IMG/VR virus record: IMGVR_UViG_3300037041_000666
Coordinates: 1-44,219 of that record
Source of the DNA: a virus
Taxonomy: Duplodnaviria > Caudoviricetes
Strand: one strand, 5' to 3'
Length of the DNA: 44,219 nt
Position 1 is the stretch's first letter. Every line of letters starts with the position of its first letter. This document shows, piece after piece, positions 38,864 to 44,219 of this stretch. The notes beneath the pieces were generated by a model. It saw only the letters and a program-made list of their open reading frames with translations, did no database searches and was not told the origin of the DNA. The position numbers were made by a program, and so were the translations under genes.

Positions 38864-39201
38864 TAGTAATCTCCTACGTCTTCTTGTGACACTTCGAGAT
38901 AGTTCCAGACAAGGTCTTCCAGTCTGTCATTGTTGACCAGGTCCTCAATCAGAACAGACTGTTCTGGTGTGATCGCAATCGCGTTACCGTGCTCGTTATA
39001 CACCTTAGTGATAACGAGGTTCTCTACTTCAACGCTTGGTAGTTCTTCGGGTTGCCACATTGTTCCTGCGTAACCTCTGCTCGCCCAGACCTCAACTTCA
39101 AGAACGAGCGAAGAGATCTCATCGGCAAGGTTGAGACGTTTACCGACGGTGTTGTCGAGCTCTTGCTCGGTGGTCAACATGCAATCTATTTCTATTATCA
39201 T
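38863..39201 (-). CDS. Acidic hypothetical protein
   Basis: AAGGA RBS downstream of promoter copy B. Confidence 0.6.
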   Translation of the reverse strand: MIIEIDCMLTTEQELDNTVGKRLNLADEISSLVLEVEVWASRGYAGTMWQPEELPSVEVENLVITKVYNEHGNAIAITPEQSVLIEDLVNNDRLEDLVWNYLEVSQEDVGDY

Positions 39202-39232
39202 TTTAGTTTTCCTTTTAGGTTTTGTTTTAAGT

Positions 39233-39278
39233 CGTGTTAAGTATAAGTCAACACCTATGGCGTGTCAAACTTTTATTT
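39233..39278 (-). promoter_or_regulatory. Sigma70 promoter, copy B
   Basis: TTGACA-17 nt-TATACT with the same flanks as copy A. Confidence 0.8.
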
Positions 39279-40401
39279 AGTCAAAGTCAGAGATATCTCC
39301 AGACACAATTTGTGCGCGGGGGTCGTTTTGGTGTGCCAAGGTTGGTTTGCCTTGGGTTTTGCTGATCAGGCCGTTCAGCAGTGCGGCTTTCTTCTTGCCT
39401 AAAGCCTTTTCCGCGGCTGGGGCGGTGATTAGTTTCTTCGGTGCGAAGGCCTTGTCGCCTAGCTCTTCAGTGAGTATCCGTTCAGCTGTTTGCTCATCTG
39501 ACCATGATCTAGTCGATCTACCCACCACCAACTTGTAACCTGGGAAGTCTAAACCTTCTTGGAGACGTTCGAACGCAAGATCCTCGATCGCTTCAAGCCA
39601 GCTGATGATGAGTTTCTTATTCTCTAAAGCGAATCTCAGGTCTCTGGTTGAGAGTTTGTCCGGTGACTTAGGCGCTACTGTTGCATCAGAGAAGTCGGCC
39701 AGCAGTGCGCTCTCAGTTAGATCCATGAGTTCTCGACAGGTCGCTTTAGCTTTGCAAAATTTACAACCGTCTTCTGAAGCTGTACGTTTAGGGTTTGGTA
39801 GATCACATAACGCTGCTCGTTCCTTAACCCATTCTCCCCAAGCGTATAACCTTTCTGGTGTGGTTTCCCAAACAGAGATATGATCTAACCTAGGTTGGTG
39901 TATATGACAAACCACTCGTTCTATATCGTAAAGAAAACCATAATCAGACAATGCACCCAATGCGTAAAGCTTCGCTTGTGGATTGTCATCAGCGTCCACT
40001 TTTACACCTTTCCCGAATTTCAAATCTATGATGTGGAGTGTGTTTCCTTCAATAATTATACCGTCTGATGTACCAAACCCGTCAGGCACAAAATCTGAAA
40101 AGTTTACCCTTTGCTCGATAAACCGTTTACCGGTAAACTGATCGTAGTAGTCGACATATTCTTGCACATAGAGTGCCATTTCAGAGGTCACTATCCAATC
40201 ATCGTCTGGTAGTTTTTGATCCACATAACTCATTGCCGATCGACCATTCAATAGGCAAAGTTCTCCTAAAGCGTGTGCTGCAGTACCCTCAGATGCAAAA
40301 TTTGAGGGTTTTTCAATAATCCCAGCTTCAGCTTGTATTGATCCTGAGCAGACCAGCCATTTGTGTGCGCTACTTGCGCTTAATCTTGCGTGTGCAGACA
40401 T
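39277..40401 (-). CDS. DUF2800 Cas4-like PD-(D/E)XK exonuclease
   Basis: HARLSASS..W..C, EGTAAH, FGTSD, IIDLKFGKG, NPQ..LYA, C.FC....C. Confidence 0.9.
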   Translation of the reverse strand: MSAHARLSASSAHKWLVCSGSIQAEAGIIEKPSNFASEGTAAHALGELCLLNGRSAMSYVDQKLPDDDWIVTSEMALYVQEYVDYYDQFTGKRFIEQRVNFSDFVPDGFGTSDGIIIEGNTLHIIDLKFGKGVKVDADDNPQAKLYALGALSDYGFLYDIERVVCHIHQPRLDHISVWETTPERLYAWGEWVKERAALCDLPNPKRTASEDGCKFCKAKATCRELMDLTESALLADFSDATVAPKSPDKLSTRDLRFALENKKLIISWLEAIEDLAFERLQEGLDFPGYKLVVGRSTRSWSDEQTAERILTEELGDKAFAPKKLITAPAAEKALGKKKAALLNGLISKTQGKPTLAHQNDPRAQIVSGDISDFD

Positions 40402-40412
40402 GTTTGTAGTCC

Positions 40413-40904
40413 TTATGTTGAAAAAGGATGATATATTTTTTGTGCTTCTTTATAACGAGCTATCGCTTCATCAATATCATCATAATAACCTAAGAAAATA
40501 GGTTTTATATTTAATCTCAATTGAACAACCCATTTTTTTCTTCGAGTTTCCCAAGAAATACCTTTATATCCAGATGTGTTAGTTTTTTTAAGACCTACAT
40601 TTTGCGCATTTTGTGAACGAGAAGCTTCTCTCAAATTAACAAACCTATTATCGTCTTTTATACGATTAATGTGGTCAATAGATTTTGTAGGCCAATACCC
40701 ATACATATATAACCAAACCAACCTATGGGCACGATATGAAACACCATCAACACCTATACGAATATATCCTTGTGATAGATTTCCAGCAACATCACCAATT
40801 TTTCTAGGTGACCCTTGTGCCATTTTTAACCTGGTAAACAAACCTGTTTCTGGATCGTAATGTAAAAGTTCTTTCAATCTTTCTTGGGTAAGCTCATTTT
40901 TCAT
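40413..40904 (-). CDS. Free-standing HNH homing endonuclease with AP2-like domain
   Basis: LTQERLKELL.YDPETG, AHRL, IDHINR..DDNR..NLR, NTSGYKG. Confidence 0.9.
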   Translation of the reverse strand: MKNELTQERLKELLHYDPETGLFTRLKMAQGSPRKIGDVAGNLSQGYIRIGVDGVSYRAHRLVWLYMYGYWPTKSIDHINRIKDDNRFVNLREASRSQNAQNVGLKKTNTSGYKGISWETRRKKWVVQLRLNIKPIFLGYYDDIDEAIARYKEAQKIYHPFST

Positions 40905-40917
40905 AATTGTAACCAAT

Positions 40918-41031
40918 AAAAAAAGCCGATCTACTTCTGTTCAGACGGGGCTAAAATTAGACCACCAGAAGTAATAATCGGCTTTATTTAAATTCTATTA
41001 TCGGGTCTGACTCCGAGAACTAACTATATCA
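40918..41031 (-). promoter_or_regulatory. Promoter plus structured attenuator-like leader of the HNH gene
   Basis: TGnTATAGT, small hairpin, then a long hairpin with T7 just upstream of the ATG. Confidence 0.6.
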
Positions 41032-41054
41032 CGGGAGCCTTATTAAAACAATAC

Positions 41055-41417
41055 TCATGTTTTAGTTTCCTTTTCCAGTTCTCTCAGTCTACGCTTCTCT
41101 GCTCGGTCGTCGGCTTTCCACTGCCGGTACCGTGCGTTACGATCGTAAGCCGCTTGCTGGAACTCGTTATACTCGATCTTCAGATTATCCCACACGTAAA
41201 ACGTATCGCTGAGTAAATTGAGTTGATGTTTAACGACCGCGCAGTCATCTTCACCGAAGATCTTGGGCTTATACTCGGTTAAGTTCTTACAGTTACGACC
41301 CTTGGCAATAACGGTTGCGACCATCGCGACAGCAATAGCGTCATCTTGAACGCTGTAGTTACGGATAATGATCCGTCTAGGCTCGAAGTCTGATTTTTTC
41401 TTTTCATTTTGGAACAT
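41055..41417 (-). CDS. Hypothetical protein
   Basis: AGGAG RBS. Confidence 0.6.
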   Translation of the reverse strand: MFQNEKKKSDFEPRRIIIRNYSVQDDAIAVAMVATVIAKGRNCKNLTEYKPKIFGEDDCAVVKHQLNLLSDTFYVWDNLKIEYNEFQQAAYDRNARYRQWKADDRAEKRRLRELEKETKT

Positions 41418-41418
41418 G

Positions 41419-41706
41419 TTATTCTCCTATGTTGTGTTGTTTTGGTGGTGCAAGATATAGCGGTCGGACATTTTCTACCTCATTTGACACATATCTTAGA
41501 TCGGTAGTCAGATGGTTTTTAGAGGTAAACACATGCTGAACCTCTTCACTTGGTGTTTTCCAATCATACATCCAAGCTACAGGCTCATTGGATTGCTCAG
41601 GTTGGGCGAGTAGTTCTTCAATAGCAAAATATAAATCACATTCGCCCATATGAACCATCTCTAAAACAACCAAAGTTTCTTCTAGTAACTCTCTTTCTTT
41701 ACTCAC
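41419..41706 (-). CDS. MSKERE modular-family protein
   Basis: MSKERELL, LLAQPEQ, EPVAWMYDW, PLYLAPP, HNIG. Confidence 0.75.
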   Translation of the reverse strand: MSKERELLEETLVVLEMVHMGECDLYFAIEELLAQPEQSNEPVAWMYDWKTPSEEVQHVFTSKNHLTTDLRYVSNEVENVRPLYLAPPKQHNIGE

Positions 41707-41902
41707 TTTGTATTACTCCATATTTAGCCAGTTCAATAAAATAAACAGCTTCTGAAATAGTCATCTTTGATGATCGCGTAATCAACTTTTCATTTTCGTC
41801 AATACCGATTACCAAAACCTTTTTAAAATCTTTTCTTTTACTATGATCCAAACACTGTTCTACTGTCATACTGGCGCTAGCTGGCATTTCAATTATCTTC
41901 AT
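41699..41902 (-). CDS. Hypothetical passenger protein
   Basis: Coupled to both neighbours; VLVIG.DE. Confidence 0.6.
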   Translation of the reverse strand: MKIIEMPASASMTVEQCLDHSKRKDFKKVLVIGIDENEKLITRSSKMTISEAVYFIELAKYGVIQSE

Positions 41903-42275
41903 CAGCTACTCCAATACCGTGTGCTTTCTCAATAGCTCTTACAAAAGTATTTAGACTAGCAACAAATAAATGATCTTTACATATCTCCCCTATCTCCTTA
42001 TCACTCAAAGGCTCGCGGGTCGGTGGTGCTAGGTAGAGCGGGCGAAGATTTCTCATGCAATACTCTTCTTCTACAATCGGTGGATATTTTCCGTTTTTTA
42101 CAGATGTCCATTCTTTGCCACCAATTTCTTCCCACTCATACATCCACGCCACAGGCTCTTGCTCAGGTTCAGGTTGGGCGAGTAGGTTTTGTATCTCTTC
42201 CATAAGCTCCCATCCATAAGGACCGTCTTCTAGTGCTATTAAAGACTGTCTTAACAACTCTCTTTCTTTACTCAT
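41889..42275 (-). CDS. MSKERE modular-family protein (all blocks present)
   Basis: MSKERELL, LLAQPEPEQEPVAWMY, PLYLAPPTREPLSD, HGIG. Confidence 0.8.
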   Translation of the reverse strand: MSKERELLRQSLIALEDGPYGWELMEEIQNLLAQPEPEQEPVAWMYEWEEIGGKEWTSVKNGKYPPIVEEEYCMRNLRPLYLAPPTREPLSDKEIGEICKDHLFVASLNTFVRAIEKAHGIGVADEDN

Positions 42276-42534
42276 TGTCTGCTCCAGTTATACCGTGTTG
42301 TTCAATTGTTCTGGTAAACATCAATATATAATCCCAAAGGGTCATATCTTTACCTTTTACGATGGTCTTTGTATTAATTGTTTTATCCCATAACTCTAAA
42401 ATCTCCTCATCACTCAAAGGCTTACGTTTAGTTGATGGTGCTAAGTAAAGAGGCGCCCATAATATCGTGTCACTGCAATCTACTGTAGTAACATCCCCAG
42501 TGATCGCGTTAATCCAAGCTAGTGGTTTACTCAT
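42268..42534 (-). CDS. MSKERE modular-family protein lacking the first module
   Basis: MSKPLAW, PLYLAP, RKPLSDEEI, HGITG. Confidence 0.75.
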   Translation of the reverse strand: MSKPLAWINAITGDVTTVDCSDTILWAPLYLAPSTKRKPLSDEEILELWDKTINTKTIVKGKDMTLWDYILMFTRTIEQHGITGADNE

Positions 42535-42643
42535 CGTTTACTCCAAAGTGTTTAATTGCTTTTTCAAATAAGTACGGAAAGCTGAGACATACCCACGATA
42601 ATCCTACTGAGCCAACTGTAGCAAACCATTCAAAAAGACTCAT
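42527..42643 (-). CDS. 38 aa membrane peptide with family end block, not in ORF track
   Basis: MSLFEWFATVGSVGLSWVCLSFPYLFEKAIKHFGVNDE. Confidence 0.55.
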   Translation of the reverse strand: MSLFEWFATVGSVGLSWVCLSFPYLFEKAIKHFGVNDE

Positions 42644-42984
42644 TGTCCTATTCCAGTTATGCCGTGTGCTTTTTCAATTGCTCTTACTAACTTAAAATAA
42701 GGTTCATTATCAACATCACCATCTTCATCAAGAAACCCGTAGTCTAATGATAAATCCCTTTCAATACTGTCAATGGCAAATCCTGCTTTGTAACCAATTT
42801 CAAAAATCTCTTCATCACTCAAGGGCTTACGCTTTGGTTGGGCGAGGATTCGCTCGATCTTATTAATACTCTCTATTAAATCTACTAAATCATAATCACC
42901 TGAATTTCTTACATTTGCCCAAACATACCTTAATTCGTGCATCCACTCTAATGCTTCTGATAAAACTTCTCTTTCTTTACTCAT
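42640..42984 (-). CDS. MSKERE modular-family protein lacking the middle module
   Basis: MSKEREVL, ILAQPKRKPLSDEEI, HGITG. Confidence 0.75.
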   Translation of the reverse strand: MSKEREVLSEALEWMHELRYVWANVRNSGDYDLVDLIESINKIERILAQPKRKPLSDEEIFEIGYKAGFAIDSIERDLSLDYGFLDEDGDVDNEPYFKLVRAIEKAHGITGIGQ

Positions 42985-43052
42985 CGTCTTTCTCCTGCGA
43001 ACTTGCGTTGTAAGATTTTCATATCCTTTATTAACTCTCTTTCTTTACTCAT
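42981..43052 (-). CDS. 23 aa MSKERE mini-ORF
   Basis: MSKERELIKDMKILQRKFAGERR; GGAGG RBS. Confidence 0.5.
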   Translation of the reverse strand: MSKERELIKDMKILQRKFAGERR

Positions 43053-43387
43053 CACCACCTCCAAGTTATACCGTGAGCTTTTTCTACTCTTCTTATCCAT
43101 CTGATGACGTATCTGACTTGATGATCGTCCATATTTTCAACAATCCCTTCTTTATCAAGAGCATATATAGCATCTTCTGTTAAGGGTTTGGGTGGTGCAA
43201 ACTCATTGACTCCTTGTCTAAACCCTTTCCCATACCATTCAATCTTTGTTTCTGCTAAAAGAGGCTCAGGCTCTTGCTCAGGTTTGGCGAGTAGTTTATT
43301 TATATCAATACATAACTCATTACAAGCTACTCCTTTGTATTCAAACTCATCTAAGCATCTTTGTAGTAATTCTCTTTCAATGCTCAT
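43052..43387 (-). CDS. MSKERE modular-family protein
   Basis: MSIERELL, LLAKPEQEP, APPKPLTE, HGIT. Confidence 0.75.
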   Translation of the reverse strand: MSIERELLQRCLDEFEYKGVACNELCIDINKLLAKPEQEPEPLLAETKIEWYGKGFRQGVNEFAPPKPLTEDAIYALDKEGIVENMDDHQVRYVIRWIRRVEKAHGITWRW

Positions 43388-43572
43388 ATTACCTCCTCAA
43401 CTAAATCACGGTCGTCAAAGTCTGCCAACGTCAATGATATTCTTCCACCAATCGTATAACTGGTGTGCGGTTTATGTATTGTCCAATAAAAGTCTCCACC
43501 ATTTAATCTAACCAGTGGACCAACTATTTCCCCATCTCTTCTTTTATAATAATTACCCTCTATAATTTTCAT
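43384..43572 (-). CDS. Hypothetical passenger protein
   Basis: G.YY.RRDG..VGP...DLVEEV. Confidence 0.6.
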   Translation of the reverse strand: MKIIEGNYYKRRDGEIVGPLVRLNGGDFYWTIHKPHTSYTIGGRISLTLADFDDRDLVEEVI

Positions 43573-43826
43573 AATTCAATACCGTGAAATTCTTCCGCAA
43601 ATCTTACCCCTGCTTCAAAACCATAATCCCATTCTGTAGATCGTCTGCTAAGTTTTAATGTTTTACTTATCTCGGCTTCAGTTAAAGGGCTGCGTTTAGT
43701 CTGCTCAGGTTTGGCGAGGAGTTCCTTTATTCTTTCTGGTAAATCTCCACAATGCTCAATGTTAAGTCCTAGCGGATCAAAATATTCTAAAACTTCATTT
43801 AGTAGCTCTCTTTCTTTACTCATCAT
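43569..43826 (-). CDS. MSKERE modular-family protein
   Basis: MSKERELL, LLAKPEQ, PLTE.EI, GVRFAE..HGI. Confidence 0.75.
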   Translation of the reverse strand: MMSKERELLNEVLEYFDPLGLNIEHCGDLPERIKELLAKPEQTKRSPLTEAEISKTLKLSRRSTEWDYGFEAGVRFAEEFHGIEL

Positions 43827-43844
43827 CTACCTCATTTTCTTTAC

Positions 43845-44030
43845 TCATAATAAACTTTTTTGATTTTTATCTAATTTCCAATTAAACCAATGTCCACATT
43901 TTGTACAAAACTTTAAGTTTAATGATCTCATTTCACCAAGATATTTATTTCCACATTTTGGACAATATTTAGTTGATGTATTCCATCTGTGGTGAAATAA
44001 TAAATATTTTATTTTATCAAACATTATCAA
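43845..44030 (-). CDS. Zinc-ribbon protein
   Basis: CPKC...SLNLKFCTKC. Confidence 0.6.
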   Translation of the reverse strand: MIMFDKIKYLLFHHRWNTSTKYCPKCGNKYLGEMRSLNLKFCTKCGHWFNWKLDKNQKSLL

Positions 44031-44035
44031 ATCTC

Positions 44036-44062
44036 AAAAATGGGTGGCTTTTACACCACCCA
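44036..44062 (-). terminator. Rho-independent terminator
   Basis: TGGGTGG-8 nt-CCACCCA followed by T5 on the minus strand. Confidence 0.75.
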
Positions 44063-44071
44063 ATATTATTA

Positions 44072-44218
44072 TTATTTAAATGGATTTTTTTTGATTCCAT
44101 CAGATGGTGCTTTAGAACCAGCTGGCTTATAACCTTTTATTTCATTTCCAGGGAATGCATCATCTGGAGGACGTACAGTCAATTTGATAGATAATGGAAT
44201 TGCATGTAATTCAGAACT
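44072..44218 (-). CDS. C-terminus of a DUF669-like (SSB-type) protein, truncated by the window end
   Basis: SSELHAIPLSIKL...NEIKGY...NPFK. Confidence 0.55.
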   Translation of the reverse strand, partial: SSELHAIPLSIKLTVRPPDDAFPGNEIKGYKPAGSKAPSDGIKKNPFK

Positions 44219-44219
44219 A

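Noticed and set aside
39277-40401. Cas4-like nuclease as evidence of CRISPR
   Set aside because: It is the common stand-alone phage DUF2800 exonuclease
40413-40904. HNH gene as part of a group I intron
   Set aside because: It is free-standing between two intact genes and no intron core was seen
41419-43848. Repeat array as CRISPR, integron or DGR
   Set aside because: Repeats are coding, degenerate and irregularly spaced; no cas operon, attC-like palindromes, integrase or reverse transcriptase, and no adenine-specific variation

Overview
The whole window is a fragment of a tailed dsDNA bacteriophage genome, probably short-tailed (podovirus-like), with two convergent arms that meet at a terminator near 26.53 kb. 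The + arm (1-26.5 kb) holds late genes: small basic proteins, neck/tail proteins, several fibre/spike proteins, lysis genes (holin-like gene, overlapping lipoprotein, GH108 endolysin), a P22 gp10-like tail hub and large ejection proteins, including a ~1900 aa transglycosylase/metallopeptidase polyvalent protein. The - arm (26.56-44.2 kb) holds replication and nucleotide genes (variant ThyX, dCTP deaminase, SNF2 helicase, VRR-NUC, B-family-type DNA polymerase, DUF2815 SSB, PAPS-reductase-like protein, DUF2800 exonuclease, HNH-AP2 endonuclease) among many small ORFs. The most striking unexplained structure is a family of about 10 'MSKERE' genes in two clusters. They are built from variable segments joined by conserved DNA linker blocks and share a standard stop/start junction, which suggests a recombination-shuffled cassette system. 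Other notable signals are a recurring [YMFK]-[AK]-x-G-G tag and a C-terminal RGxGxAxKGKT tag in virion-region proteins, a two-gene secreted-protein cassette, a module flanked by duplicated promoters, and a structured attenuator-like leader before the HNH gene. No terminase, portal, capsid, integrase, tRNA, CRISPR array or reverse transcriptase was seen. All family assignments come from motif recognition by eye, with no database search.
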